Positions 45,933 to 56,029 of a DNA stretch of 64,000 nt are shown in pieces; position 1 is the first letter of the stretch; each line of letters opens with the position of its first letter. Below the pieces are notes generated by a model, which worked only from the letters and a program-made list of their open reading frames with translations, ran no database searches and was not told where the DNA came from. The DNA lies in the IMG/VR virus record IMGVR_UViG_2758568506_000001, positions 7,710-71,709 of that record. One strand, written 5' to 3'. This DNA is from a virus (lineage: Duplodnaviria; Caudoviricetes). A program made the translations under genes and the position numbers.

Positions 45933-48167
45933 TTATTCAAGCTTAATATTTTGATTGCCTTGTTCATAAACATCAATTCGATTCTGAACGTCAATTTTGT
46001 TTACCAACCAGCCACGAAAATTTGCTTGTTGAATAAAGTCATCAATTCGATTAACATTGTTCATTTCTTTTAGAGTAACAACAATACCAAATTTCAGACC
46101 TCGACCATCTTTGTTAGATAATCTTTCCTTCTCCCTGAGTTCAATTCCCCAAATTGGATCTTCACCATAAGTACATCTCGGTCTTGGATTCGTTGTAATC
46201 TGCTCACTGATGGTCTTAACATTATCCCATTTTCTGAACTGCTTTCTGGCCATTGCCTCATTAACTAGTGGGTAACCATCATTTTGATGATTATTATTAA
46301 TCGATTTGATTTTGGCTTTACCTTTAACACTCTGTAACCGACCAAAAGACAGGTCAAGTTCTGTATTAGTGTAGTCAACCCCTTGATTTCTTGTGCACTT
46401 TGGAAAATAACACAGAGTTGCTTTGGCAAAAAAAGGATACTTATTTTTAACAACAGGAACGGGAATTTGATAATTATAAGTATTCCATTTTTCTGCTATA
46501 CCTTCTAAGGTAAACTTAATCTCATTATCAGGACAATTAATAATATCTTCAATTCTAACAGGTACTACACCATTGCCTATCATTTCAAGATCCCCATTAG
46601 TTTCATTTTTTCTGGACCAGCCAACTGATGAATCGATCAACAAGGCCTTAGCAATTTCTCTGCTAAGTCCCAAAATATCAATCAAGTAAGCTAATTTTCG
46701 TGCAATCCAAGGAGCAGCAAAAGAAGTCCCGCTCACAATAACTTCACCATTAGGACCATAAGCCTTGAGAGGATTTTTTTTATCACCATCATAATAACTT
46801 AAATCTGGTTTAGTAAAAAAAGATAAAACTATTCCCTTACGCGAATATGGTTCTGGGTTACGGCTACTATCAACAGCATTTACAACAACTGAATTAATTG
46901 AGTCAGCAGGAGCACCTATTTTTTTTGGAGGCTCACCTAGCTCTTTATTAGTACCAGCAATTACAAAAAGCACATTATTTTCAAATTGAATTTCATCTAG
47001 AGCTGCTCCTTCAGCTGATACAAAATTCCGATTAATTTCGAATTTTGAACCTAGCGAAAGATTCCAAACATGAATTTCAGGGTTGGCAACCACCGCTTCT
47101 CTTATACTCTTAATAATGGCGAAAGAACTAAAACCTTTTTCAACTGAGACACCAAAATGTTTAACTCTAAACCTGCCACAACCGTCATCAAAAATCGGAT
47201 TTAATGCTGGGCCATCAACAATAATTGATGAAACAGCCGTACCATGATCATAATCTTCCGAAGTTGTACTGATATTAGAATCAAGCATGTTTTGATAACT
47301 GACCCAGTCATTAAAATAAACACTTTGATCAAAAAGTGTATCAATTACGCCAATTATTGGTTCATCATTAGGGGCTGGAATGCTACGCTGATAAGTATCT
47401 GTTGAGCTCGCAGCAACTGACGGAGAAAGCTGGGCCAAATCCTCAGTCGCCATCGATACTAAGTAAGGCGCTTTTTCCATCAATAAATTAACAGAATCAG
47501 TATCCATTAACACCGTTCTATCATCTAAAAAATTTATCTGATAAGTCTTGATTCCAATTTTATCCAATACTTTACTTAAATCTTCATCCGTTTGATAAAA
47601 GGAAACTATGGAATTGTTATTAATAGAAAAATCAGCTTTCTCCACATCAAATTTAGCAACAAACCAAGCATCTATAACAATTTTTTGAAACTGTGTTTTA
47701 CTAATTGAAAACCGCGGAAAGTCAATTTCCTCTAAATTAGATTTATTATTAAATTGAATATTAGAAACATTTCCATTAAAGTATTGATCTAGGATTTTAG
47801 CGACTTTTTCACCGTCACTAATTGCATTTTTCATTTGCAAATTAGATATTAAATAAGTAATTATGTGCTTTTCATCTTGATCAAACTTAGAGCCAACAAT
47901 CAATTTATCAGGGTCACTACCAAAAAAGCCTTTAATCCGATTAGATTTAGCAATATTTTGGCGATAATGCGCACTAACCAGCATTTTCGAGATGATATTG
48001 TGCTGTTTTTGCCAAAACTGCTGAATGACTTTCAAATCGTTGACTAAGTTTCTAATTATGGTACTGCTTACCATGACACCTTTTCTATTTGGTAGTGTTA
48101 GCACTACCTGACTTTGTGGGTGTTTTTGCTGTTCAAATTTTCCTTTAAGAGTTAAAATTTCATTCAT
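45933..48167 (-). CDS. ietS: S8 subtilase, IetS-like
   Basis: Catalytic triad IGVIDT / DHGTAV / GTSFAAP; coupled to an AAA ATPase. Confidence 0.85.
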   Translation of the reverse strand: MNEILTLKGKFEQQKHPQSQVVLTLPNRKGVMVSSTIIRNLVNDLKVIQQFWQKQHNIISKMLVSAHYRQNIAKSNRIKGFFGSDPDKLIVGSKFDQDEKHIITYLISNLQMKNAISDGEKVAKILDQYFNGNVSNIQFNNKSNLEEIDFPRFSISKTQFQKIVIDAWFVAKFDVEKADFSINNNSIVSFYQTDEDLSKVLDKIGIKTYQINFLDDRTVLMDTDSVNLLMEKAPYLVSMATEDLAQLSPSVAASSTDTYQRSIPAPNDEPIIGVIDTLFDQSVYFNDWVSYQNMLDSNISTTSEDYDHGTAVSSIIVDGPALNPIFDDGCGRFRVKHFGVSVEKGFSSFAIIKSIREAVVANPEIHVWNLSLGSKFEINRNFVSAEGAALDEIQFENNVLFVIAGTNKELGEPPKKIGAPADSINSVVVNAVDSSRNPEPYSRKGIVLSFFTKPDLSYYDGDKKNPLKAYGPNGEVIVSGTSFAAPWIARKLAYLIDILGLSREIAKALLIDSSVGWSRKNETNGDLEMIGNGVVPVRIEDIINCPDNEIKFTLEGIAEKWNTYNYQIPVPVVKNKYPFFAKATLCYFPKCTRNQGVDYTNTELDLSFGRLQSVKGKAKIKSINNNHQNDGYPLVNEAMARKQFRKWDNVKTISEQITTNPRPRCTYGEDPIWGIELREKERLSNKDGRGLKFGIVVTLKEMNNVNRIDDFIQQANFRGWLVNKIDVQNRIDVYEQGNQNIKLE

Positions 48168-49212
48168 CCATTTTCTCCTTCAACATTCTAGCAGCCTGAC
48201 TCTTTGAAATATTCTTTAAGACACCAATTTCTCTTACAGTAAAGCCTTGCCTTTTTAACTTTGTTGGATCAAGATCCTGATTTTGCTTATTCAGAGATTG
48301 ATAAAGTCGAATCAAATAATCAAAATGTGCGTCTGGATTACTAAAAGCTAAAGAAACTTTAATGAGATTTTTCAATTCACCAGGATTAGGAAGAGCAGGA
48401 CAAGTATTAAGAATTTTTTTAAATAACTTAGTATCTCTACTTACTTTAGTAAAATTTTTCAGATAATTATTTAATATTCCAACTCCTATATCATCTACTA
48501 AGTCAGTTTTTGAATAACGATCAAAATTGACGATACTATCAAACCTACGTTGAAAAGCTTTGTCCAGTTGTTTATATAAGTTAGTAGTAGCAATGATGAC
48601 TACTTCCTCATTAACATTATCCAGTGCTTTTAGGATATTAGAAGTAGCACGACCCATTTCTCTAATATCATTTGTATTAACTCGATCCAAAGCAATTACA
48701 TCAATTTCATCAAACAAAATGACTACTTTATCTGGATGTGGCATCCGATTTATTTCATTAAAGACTATTGAAATATTTTTAGCAGTTTGACCCATTTTAC
48801 TATCAATTATTTCATTAAAATCAACAGAATACAAAGACCGTTGTAATAATCGAGCTACTTGCTTGGCTGATTCAGTTTTTCCTGTACCAGGTGCACCTTC
48901 AAACAAAAACTTGTTGATACCAACATGATGATTAACAGCATTCATAATACCTTTAATATCAGCCATAATAGGAATTGGTAAAAACAAAGAAGGACTATCA
49001 AGAGCAATTTTTTTAAAAAATTGACTTTCAAAAGAAATAGACTGAGGCTTAAACATATTAACATTTGAAATTAGGCTCATCACATATTGAGCTAACTGGT
49101 AGTCACCTTCTTCATCAAAGCTTCGTGCCACATCATTAGAAGTCTTTCTAAACAGATTGTCATCGCAATCATAATGGGCACGAATCAAATTAATTATTTC
49201 CTTCTTCTTCAT
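48160..49212 (-). CDS. ietA: AAA ATPase, IetA-like
   Basis: GAPGTGKT, LFDEID, AFQRRFD; overlaps the subtilase start. Confidence 0.85.
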   Translation of the reverse strand: MKKKEIINLIRAHYDCDDNLFRKTSNDVARSFDEEGDYQLAQYVMSLISNVNMFKPQSISFESQFFKKIALDSPSLFLPIPIMADIKGIMNAVNHHVGINKFLFEGAPGTGKTESAKQVARLLQRSLYSVDFNEIIDSKMGQTAKNISIVFNEINRMPHPDKVVILFDEIDVIALDRVNTNDIREMGRATSNILKALDNVNEEVVIIATTNLYKQLDKAFQRRFDSIVNFDRYSKTDLVDDIGVGILNNYLKNFTKVSRDTKLFKKILNTCPALPNPGELKNLIKVSLAFSNPDAHFDYLIRLYQSLNKQNQDLDPTKLKRQGFTVREIGVLKNISKSQAARMLKEKMDE

Positions 49213-49493
49213 GATTTTACACCTCTTGATTTTATTGTAACACTTTCTGGGACATTTTTATACATTATGGGACAAATATAATTATTTCGCCAAAAAAATA
49301 CCACACAAATAAATTGTGAGATATTTTGTTTAAAATTAAAAAATTCAATATAACCTGAACCTTATACTAAAAAATCTTGTTCCAGATTGTGTTTGGGACA
49401 ACATAGGTTATCATGATTTCTCAAAAATAACAAACTATTTATTTCACCTAAGTTTGTACTTACTCCTTACCAAATTGAAAGATCACACGTCTA

Positions 49494-49536
49494 TTGCGGT
49501 GTCGAGAATCGAACTCGGCTACAACCATTACCGCAG
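49494..49536 (-). ncRNA. 43-nt tRNA-elbow-like RNA, copy 2
   Basis: CTGCGGT-AATGGTTGTA-GCCGAG-TTCGATT-CTCGAC-ACCGCAA. Confidence 0.6.
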
Positions 49537-49637
49537 CTCTTTTTTGCATTTAATGAGGTTAGAAATGAATAAAATCTAGCTAGTTTAACGTCGTTTCGGA
49601 CGGTTTTAAAGCTATTAGGAATTACCCTAATTTTTTG

Positions 49638-49655
49638 ACAATACAATAATACAAT
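49638..49655 (-). promoter_or_regulatory. Putative ArpU-activated late promoter (B)
   Basis: 17/18 identical to 20820-20837. Confidence 0.5.
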
Positions 49656-49701
49656 AGATTATGACCGCCTGGCTTTCGCTCTTTGACCGCTCTTATGTCG
49701 C

Positions 49702-50217
49702 TCAATGACCGCTTTTTGAAATTTCCTCAGCCGTTTCTAAGCTCTCAAAAACTTGTAAATCTTCAATGGATGAGCCATCTTCTTTTCGCCAGAAATCAAA
49801 GCGTTCAGCAAATTCAACACACGCATCATTTTTTACCTCATTAAATCTAGTACTTTGATATCCCAACTTAGACCTAATTCGGTCATTAGACCAGTGTTTA
49901 ATAAAATACAGATAAAGGATAGTTCCACTAATGTGGCTGCAACTACTGATAGTATGATCTACTGCCAGCACGCAAGTTTGAGCATCAAGATTAGCTGTCA
50001 TTCGCTCGTCTTGATGATTAAGCCCATCATGGCCGCCAACATTATTAGGATCAAGTGTTGGACTAGATATATCACTCAAATGTTTGTTGGCCAGATTAAG
50101 ATAATGACCAAAGTCTTCTGTAAAAAAATCCTTAACTGCCTGGGCTGTTTTGGCTTTATCTAACTTCGCTTTTTTAAACAAAACTAATTGTTCAACTCCA
50201 ATCATCATCCTAACCAA
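49702..50217 (-). CDS. arpU: ArpU family activator
   Basis: Clear homologue of 20890-21363. Confidence 0.85.
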   Translation of the reverse strand: MVRMMIGVEQLVLFKKAKLDKAKTAQAVKDFFTEDFGHYLNLANKHLSDISSPTLDPNNVGGHDGLNHQDERMTANLDAQTCVLAVDHTISSCSHISGTILYLYFIKHWSNDRIRSKLGYQSTRFNEVKNDACVEFAERFDFWRKEDGSSIEDLQVFESLETAEEISKSGH

Positions 50218-50218
50218 C

Positions 50219-50713
50219 TTATTTTTTATTTATCTTACCGTTAACAATATACAAATCACCTAAATCAATGTCTTGCCAATTATACTTATTTCTATTCTGT
50301 ATTAGTTCATAACCTGCATGGGCTAGATTTATCTTTGCCCCAATAAAAGATGGACAATTGACCATATAACTGTAACCAGTGTAAGTTGTACTGTAGATTT
50401 TGGCATAAGTTATTTCGTTTATCGCTAAATACTTAAATTGTGGATGAGCAACAAGCTTATTTTCACGAATAACCTTTAAAATCACATCGTCTGAAGTATC
50501 CATTGCTTCAGCAATACTCCTTATGCTGTATCCTTCGTCCAACAGTCTTGCAACATTGTCACGGTATCTATCGACTTTTGTTCGGTTCTCAAGTCCTTCA
50601 AGTTTGTTACGTAGCTTTATTAACATCTCGTTATTTTCAGGAATATAGCCCTTATTTTTATATTTATCTTCAAGATAGTGTAACAAGTTATATGGTATAG
50701 TACTGCTCATCAC
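50219..50713 (-). CDS. Hypothetical HTH-containing protein
   Basis: LLDEGYSIRSIAEAMDTS; same slot as 21375-21869. Confidence 0.5.
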   Translation of the reverse strand: MMSSTIPYNLLHYLEDKYKNKGYIPENNEMLIKLRNKLEGLENRTKVDRYRDNVARLLDEGYSIRSIAEAMDTSDDVILKVIRENKLVAHPQFKYLAINEITYAKIYSTTYTGYSYMVNCPSFIGAKINLAHAGYELIQNRNKYNWQDIDLGDLYIVNGKINKK

Positions 50714-50725
50714 TAATCACCTTCC

Positions 50726-51211
50726 TCATTCTTCATGCCACAAGGCTGTTATTTCAACCTGTGGCTCTTTCCCATACCATTTTTCAACTGTCAAATCGAC
50801 TACTTGCTTATCGTCTCTATATAGCCCTTCGCTTAGGCACACAGCCTTGTGCAATGCGTGATTAACTTTCATTTTAGGATTTAACCCATCTAGCACAATC
50901 TTCGCTATATTGTCGCTATCAGGCTTTTTAGTTGGTCTCTCTTCCCCACTTAAGCACCTTGCCCTGCGCTTTTTTGAATAAGAAGTCGGTATTCCAAAAT
51001 ACACTTTGATTGAAATAGCCATATCCTGCGATATTGGCTTATTTATGTTGTGCGCTCTTCTTGCAACTTGAGCACTGTACCTAACTTGATCTTCATAGTG
51101 ATGCGTTTTATCAGGTGTGTAAGTAATTACATGATCATTTTGCCTAGAAAATCGTGGTCTTGCTTTACTTTTAGGTTCCCCAGGGACGATAAATTTCAAA
51201 CAACGCTCCAT
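50726..51211 (-). CDS. rusA: RusA Holliday junction resolvase
   Basis: GEPKSKARPR, KPDSDNIAK..LDGL, DDKQVV. Confidence 0.9.
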   Translation of the reverse strand: MERCLKFIVPGEPKSKARPRFSRQNDHVITYTPDKTHHYEDQVRYSAQVARRAHNINKPISQDMAISIKVYFGIPTSYSKKRRARCLSGEERPTKKPDSDNIAKIVLDGLNPKMKVNHALHKAVCLSEGLYRDDKQVVDLTVEKWYGKEPQVEITALWHEE

Positions 51212-51220
51212 AGTTTCCTC

Positions 51221-51694
51221 CTAAAAAGGTAAATCATCGTCTGTTATATCAATCGTGTCGCTTGAACCGCTAAATGGGTCTTGCGGGGCGCTATTATTGC
51301 TGTTACCTGTATTATTGCCACCATTGCTACTATAACCGCCGTCATTCCCCATATTTGCGTTATTTTGCCTATCCTTTTTAGACTCAAGTAATGAAAAGCT
51401 ATCAACGACTACTTCAGTCACATAAACCTTTTGCCCATTTCGGCCATCGTATGATCTAGTTTGAATTCGCCCATCAATGCCAACAAGTGACCCTTTTGAC
51501 GTAAAATTACAGAAATTCTCTGCGGCCTTGCGCCAAATGACACAACTGATAAAGTCTGCTCCTCTCTCACCTTGAGCGTTAGTATACTGACGATTAACAG
51601 CAAGCGTAAATGTGGCTACTGACAGCCCACTCTGCGTTGTTTTTAATTCCGGATCTCGTGTTAAGCGACCAACAAGTACAACTCGATTAATCAT
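51221..51694 (-). CDS. ssb: Single-stranded DNA-binding protein
   Basis: [17 protein letters not shown]; DDDLPF tail. Confidence 0.97.
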   Translation of the reverse strand: MINRVVLVGRLTRDPELKTTQSGLSVATFTLAVNRQYTNAQGERGADFISCVIWRKAAENFCNFTSKGSLVGIDGRIQTRSYDGRNGQKVYVTEVVVDSFSLLESKKDRQNNANMGNDGGYSSNGGNNTGNSNNSAPQDPFSGSSDTIDITDDDLPF

Positions 51695-51900
51695 TTTCGG
51701 TCTCCTTTTTTTCTATAAGAATAGTAAGCAACTACTATATTTTCGATAAAGAAAAACGCTGAGCATAGTGTGGCAAACAACGCTATTTTGCTTTGCCATA
51801 TGAAATAAGCAATTATAGCAACCACTAAAAATACGCCCCAAGTTTTCGTATTACTTGCCCTTTTTTCAAATTTACTTTGCCAATCATTATTTACTTCCAT
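51691..51900 (-). CDS. Small membrane protein
   Basis: Two hydrophobic helices. Confidence 0.55.
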   Translation of the reverse strand: MEVNNDWQSKFEKRASNTKTWGVFLVVAIIAYFIWQSKIALFATLCSAFFFIENIVVAYYSYRKKGDRK

Positions 51901-51903
51901 TGA

Positions 51904-52089
51904 TTACCTCAATTCGTCTAAGCTGATACCTAACGCATCAGCAATTTTACATACTTTACTAAAGCTGGGTTCCTGCCCAGCAAATTTATATTTTTTCAAT
52001 GTTTCATAATTTACATTAGATTCCCTGGCTAATTTCGCTAAAGACCAATGCTTTTTATTTAAAACAATTTGTATTTTATTCCACAACAT
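51904..52089 (-). CDS. XRE HTH protein
   Basis: SLAKLARES..PSFSKVCKIADALGISLDEL. Confidence 0.8.
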   Translation of the reverse strand: MLWNKIQIVLNKKHWSLAKLARESNVNYETLKKYKFAGQEPSFSKVCKIADALGISLDELR

Positions 52090-52158
52090 CTTGTGCCTTT
52101 CGTGTATAATAGTACATATATTTAGTATTAAATTAACTTTTTAAAAAAGGAGATTTTT

Positions 52159-52914
52159 ATGGATCCAGAAAATCCACTTAATTTTTTACCTCAAAATACT
52201 CAAGAACTATTGATGAATCCTACTGCTAAAAATATTGGTGACACCTTAGGTGGTATTTCAGAATTATTATTATCGCCATTCAACATAGTGACAACATGGA
52301 CTAATGCACATATAAGAAAATTTAAGCAGTCAATTATTGATAATGTAAATAAAATTCCTGAAGAAAATAGGGATTTTTCTAAACTAAACTTAGCTATGAA
52401 AACCATAGAAGATTCTAAATATCAAATAAGTGATGATAACCTAAGAGAAATGTTCGCTAAACTTATTGCCGCATCAGTTGATAAAAATCAAAATCAAAAT
52501 TTATCTCCAAGGTTTTCAAACATTTTATCTCAGCTAAGTCCATCAGATGCAAAGCTGTTAAAACAATTATCTTTTAATCCCCCTCTTCCAATTCCTACTG
52601 TGAGTTATACATTGGATATGGGATCAAAAATTGAATATCCTATATTTGAACACCGCATTGGTATTAACTATTCTAAAAAAGATATAATCATAAATGAGGC
52701 TGGACTTGATACTTTGACATCATTGGGAATAGTTAGGTTAAGAGATAACTTTGAAATTCCAGAAGCAAGTATTCAAAAATTTTATAAAGAAATGAAATAT
52801 GCAGAATATCCTATGCAATCAATTGATGGACGCGCAGAAAGAGATATGAAAATTGTAAATGGGATTATACAATTTACAACATTTGGTGAAACTTTTATAA
52901 ATACAGTTATTTAA
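52159..52914 (+). CDS. DUF4393 / Abi-alpha-like protein
   Basis: LREMFAKLIAASVD..PRFSNILSQLSPSDAKLL..LDTLTSLGIV..FTTFGETF; antisense to the operon with its own SD. Confidence 0.7.
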   Translation: MDPENPLNFLPQNTQELLMNPTAKNIGDTLGGISELLLSPFNIVTTWTNAHIRKFKQSIIDNVNKIPEENRDFSKLNLAMKTIEDSKYQISDDNLREMFAKLIAASVDKNQNQNLSPRFSNILSQLSPSDAKLLKQLSFNPPLPIPTVSYTLDMGSKIEYPIFEHRIGINYSKKDIIINEAGLDTLTSLGIVRLRDNFEIPEASIQKFYKEMKYAEYPMQSIDGRAERDMKIVNGIIQFTTFGETFINTVI

Positions 52915-52982
52915 GTCTATATCAATGATCTAATAAATTAATTCCATCTTGCTATAATTTCAACCCGTGACTCCTCCGCATA

Positions 52983-53273
52983 TCACTTCTCAACATGCAG
53001 ACATACAACCTGCTTGTCATCTCTGTATAAACTTTCGTGTACACATTCTGCTTTATGCAGATCATGGTTCAGCTTCATCTTCGGGTTAAGCCTATCCAAA
53101 ATAATCTTGGCGATATTGTCGCTATCGGGCTTCTTTCCTGGCCGCTCGATTCCGTTCAAGCAATCCTGTCTGCACTTCTTTGAATATAACCTGGGCACTG
53201 GGAAGTATGCCTTAATGCTTAACGCCATATCTTTTGATATTGGCTTTTTTATTTCGTCTTCAACTCTTGCCAT
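52983..53273 (-). pseudogene. rusA: Truncated second rusA
   Basis: KPISKDMA..KPDSDNIAK..YRDDKQVV; lacks both termini of 50726-51211. Confidence 0.75.
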
Positions 53274-53277
53274 CAGA

Positions 53278-53454
53278 TCATATCCTATATGTAAGCGTTA
53301 CTTTATAGACATATACTTTTAAATAATCATCTAAACATTTTTTGCTACAAAAAAATTTGTTCGATATCGTAAATGGTGCTATATATGCTTCTGCATTTTC
53401 ATGCAATTCATGGCCGCAACCAGCACACGAAAGTGTATTCTTCTTATCAGTCAT
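53278..53454 (-). CDS. Small TRASH-like zinc-finger protein (not in track)
   Basis: MTDKKNTLSCAGC..FFCSKKCLDDYL, 58 aa. Confidence 0.6.
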   Translation of the reverse strand: MTDKKNTLSCAGCGHELHENAEAYIAPFTISNKFFCSKKCLDDYLKVYVYKVTLTYRI

Positions 53455-53456
53455 TG

Positions 53457-53624
53457 CTAGTCCTCAACCTTTCTACAATTTGCAATTCCCTCATCATCAC
53501 ACATTGCCCGATACAGTTCGAAGCATTGTCTGGAGCAAAACACTGAATCGTCATAATCGCATACATAAAATTTGGATTTTAATTTTTTGCTGCATAATGT
53601 GCATCGATTTATTTCTTCTGTCAT
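53457..53624 (-). CDS. Small TRASH-like zinc-finger protein (not in track)
   Basis: MTEEINRCTLC..VFCSRQCFE, 55 aa; ATGA-coupled to the upstream gene. Confidence 0.6.
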   Translation of the reverse strand: MTEEINRCTLCSKKLKSKFYVCDYDDSVFCSRQCFELYRAMCDDEGIANCRKVED

Positions 53625-54109
53625 TGCTTTTCTCCCATATACTTATTTTCAAAATCTACAAAAAACTGATGTATCTTTTGACAGTCTTCTTGTTCTTTTT
53701 GCTCAAATGCTCCAGCACCATGGACTTGATTGTAGTTTGCAATTAGTTGCTCCCGTTTGTTCTGTCTCTTTAGCTCTACTTCAGCCCAGTCAGTACCAAC
53801 CTCCACTGCTTTTTTAGAAGAAAACCCGCTTTTAGTACTTTTACTAATCTGACTATTAAATGGGTCAGCAGCTGGTCTAATTACCCTTAATTGCCTAGTA
53901 ATGTAGGAAACTGGCTGCATACAATGCTGTTTAATTGCTTGATGAAAAACACGATTAAGATCTTTATATGAGATGTTTGGATATAGCCCTTTTAAGTCAT
54001 CCATTTCAGGTTGGCTAATGCTACAATTAGGGATTTGTATTTTAAGATAATCTACTAAATCTTCAATTTTAGGTTTATCCATATTGCTATCCCCCCGCTT
54101 TGACTGCAT
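53621..54109 (-). CDS. Replication accessory protein (DnaD-like)
   Basis: Follows the initiator; PVSYI and VGTDW motifs. Confidence 0.5.
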   Translation of the reverse strand: MQSKRGDSNMDKPKIEDLVDYLKIQIPNCSISQPEMDDLKGLYPNISYKDLNRVFHQAIKQHCMQPVSYITRQLRVIRPAADPFNSQISKSTKSGFSSKKAVEVGTDWAEVELKRQNKREQLIANYNQVHGAGAFEQKEQEDCQKIHQFFVDFENKYMGEKQ

Positions 54110-54839
54110 TATCTAGGCACTTGAATAGGTAAGTTATGCTATTATTCTTGTCTGGTGCAGCGATAGCATTATTAATTACCTCTTTCACTGTTTCAGCTGG
54201 TAATCTATCCATGTAATTACTAATGACTGATTGTTGCTCTGCTTTAGTAAATTTGCATCCTGTTAGTTTTTGATAAGAGTCAAGTAACTGCTTAAATAAA
54301 ATATGATTTTCGTCATCGTCTAGATGATGATGACTTTCTATTGATATTTCTTTATCTTGATAATTCTTACTATTGATATTACTTAGTGTGGGATTTTCCG
54401 CCGGACGGTTTTTCCGTCCTCCGGATTTTCCGTCCTCCGACAAATCCCTGACTTTTTGCTGTTTTTGGCTGTTTTTACCGTCATCGGTATTTTCCCCATG
54501 ACGGTTAAGCTGTCCTGTATCATCAAGAATCCAGTCTAACCCTCCAAATCTACCCTTTTTAGTATGCCGATTAACCCTTTTCAAATAGCCTCTGTTTTCA
54601 AGTTCTTCTAAGCCTTTCCTCAATGAATCTTCTCCATCAATCGAATGTTTGGCTATTTCACTGACATAAAAATTCCAGCCATCTGCTTGACTCCACAGGT
54701 AGTTAAAAATACCCCTAGCTTTCCACGTTAATTTTGGATCTCTTACCAAGGTATTATCCGTGTTGGTATAATTGCCTCTACTCTTTTTTATTAGTCGTAC
54801 CACGGTCAAGCACCTGCCTTTGTGGAATTGTCTAACCAA
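54087..54839 (-). CDS. Phage replication initiator / replisome organizer
   Basis: YTNTDN..DPKLTWKARGIFNYL..GLEELENRGYLKR; internal iterons. Confidence 0.85.
   Translation of the reverse strand: MVRQFHKGRCLTVVRLIKKSRGNYTNTDNTLVRDPKLTWKARGIFNYLWSQADGWNFYVSEIAKHSIDGEDSLRKGLEELENRGYLKRVNRHTKKGRFGGLDWILDDTGQLNRHGENTDDGKNSQKQQKVRDLSEDGKSGGRKNRPAENPTLSNINSKNYQDKEISIESHHHLDDDENHILFKQLLDSYQKLTGCKFTKAEQQSVISNYMDRLPAETVKEVINNAIAAPDKNNSITYLFKCLDNAVKAGG
54390..54505. repeat. Iterons (lytic origin of element B)
   Basis: TTTTCCGTCCTCCG x2 and related TTTTCCG/TTTTACCG units inside the initiator gene. Confidence 0.65.
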
Positions 54840-55519
54840 CTCTTATATAGCTCCCTAGCGTAAATTTGCTTATAAGCTTCGTGACTTTCGCCACCTAAGC
54901 TTTTAATCGTCGCTGCACTATCAGGGTTACCATTAATAGCTTCTGAAACAACTTGCACTAGTTTGACAGTGCCTTTTTTGTCAGTAATTTCATAATCCAA
55001 TAATTGTTGGTCAGTAAATTGTGGCTTTGCTGGCTGTTTTCTAGTTGATGTTGCTTGCCGTGGTTTAGATGCTTGCTCATTACTCTTCTCCTCAGGCAAA
55101 TCCTCCCCTGCATAGACACTTAAGCCTAATCCCGCAATTGCTAGTGCTTTTACCAAAGCTCGTTGCTGCGTTTTATTAATTTCGAAATAAGTTGCCTTGG
55201 ATAAGGCTTTATTGCGGTAATCCATGACAAACAATTTTGAGCTGTACTCTTGTCCATCAATGGTCACAACTGCTTCAACTTCATATCCGGCAGCCGTTTG
55301 TCGATAGTCAACATCTCTGCCAGTAGCTACCCAGCCCTCTTTGGTTAGAATGTATTCAGGAAATTCTGTGATTTTGTAGTTTGCGCTGGGATATGCCCGT
55401 TTAACTAGCGTCCATGCCTTGGCCCAACTGAGATAGTCTAGCCCGACCTTTTTATCCAAATAAGGACTAACATCGATTTCTGATAAGGTAGCAAAGACAC
55501 TCTTTTTATCTTCCGTCAT
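54806..55519 (-). CDS. Sak3/DUF1071 single-strand annealing protein
   Basis: LDYLSWAKAW, INKTQQRALVKALAIAGLGLSVYAGEDLP. Confidence 0.85.
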   Translation of the reverse strand: MTEDKKSVFATLSEIDVSPYLDKKVGLDYLSWAKAWTLVKRAYPSANYKITEFPEYILTKEGWVATGRDVDYRQTAAGYEVEAVVTIDGQEYSSKLFVMDYRNKALSKATYFEINKTQQRALVKALAIAGLGLSVYAGEDLPEEKSNEQASKPRQATSTRKQPAKPQFTDQQLLDYEITDKKGTVKLVQVVSEAINGNPDSAATIKSLGGESHEAYKQIYARELYKSWLDNSTKAGA

Positions 55520-55532
55520 TGTGCATTCCTCC

Positions 55533-56018
55533 TTAACTAATTATTGTTCTGCGGTTAGGCTCTAGATGTGCCCCTGATACTTCCATGCCATCTTTTAAAT
55601 CTTTATATATTTGATTTGTGTTAACTTTAGTAGATTCAGTTACTTTAGTAATTTTGTATTTATCTGGCAGTTTTTTCTCATCTGAAATAATGGTTTTTTG
55701 TCTTGCACCTCGTGTCTTTAAAAGATAGTGTTTCGTTTGAAGTTGCTTAATATGGGCGTTGTCTATAACGTCGGTCATATATTTTTGTAGATTGTCTTTC
55801 TGCTTTTCTAAATGACTTTTTTGTTCTGATAGTTCTTTAATCTTGTTAGCAAGGAAAGCAATATTAGCTATATCCCGTTCAATCAATCCAGCTAAACCGT
55901 CAAGCTTCTCATCTCTAGTTAATTCCAGTGAATCAAGCGTATCTTTAAGTGTCTGTGGGTCAATGTCGTCACGGTCTGCAATTTGCTTTATAGCATCATT
56001 AATTTCAAATAAATTCAT
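55533..56018 (-). CDS. Siphovirus Gp157 family protein
   Basis: Homologue of 31219-31698. Confidence 0.85.
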   Translation of the reverse strand: MNLFEINDAIKQIADRDDIDPQTLKDTLDSLELTRDEKLDGLAGLIERDIANIAFLANKIKELSEQKSHLEKQKDNLQKYMTDVIDNAHIKQLQTKHYLLKTRGARQKTIISDEKKLPDKYKITKVTESTKVNTNQIYKDLKDGMEVSGAHLEPNRRTIIS

Positions 56019-56029
56019 AATTCAGTACC

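Noticed and set aside
49245-49402. Three GGGACA motifs upstream of ietA as an operator
   Set aside because: Too short and irregularly spaced to support
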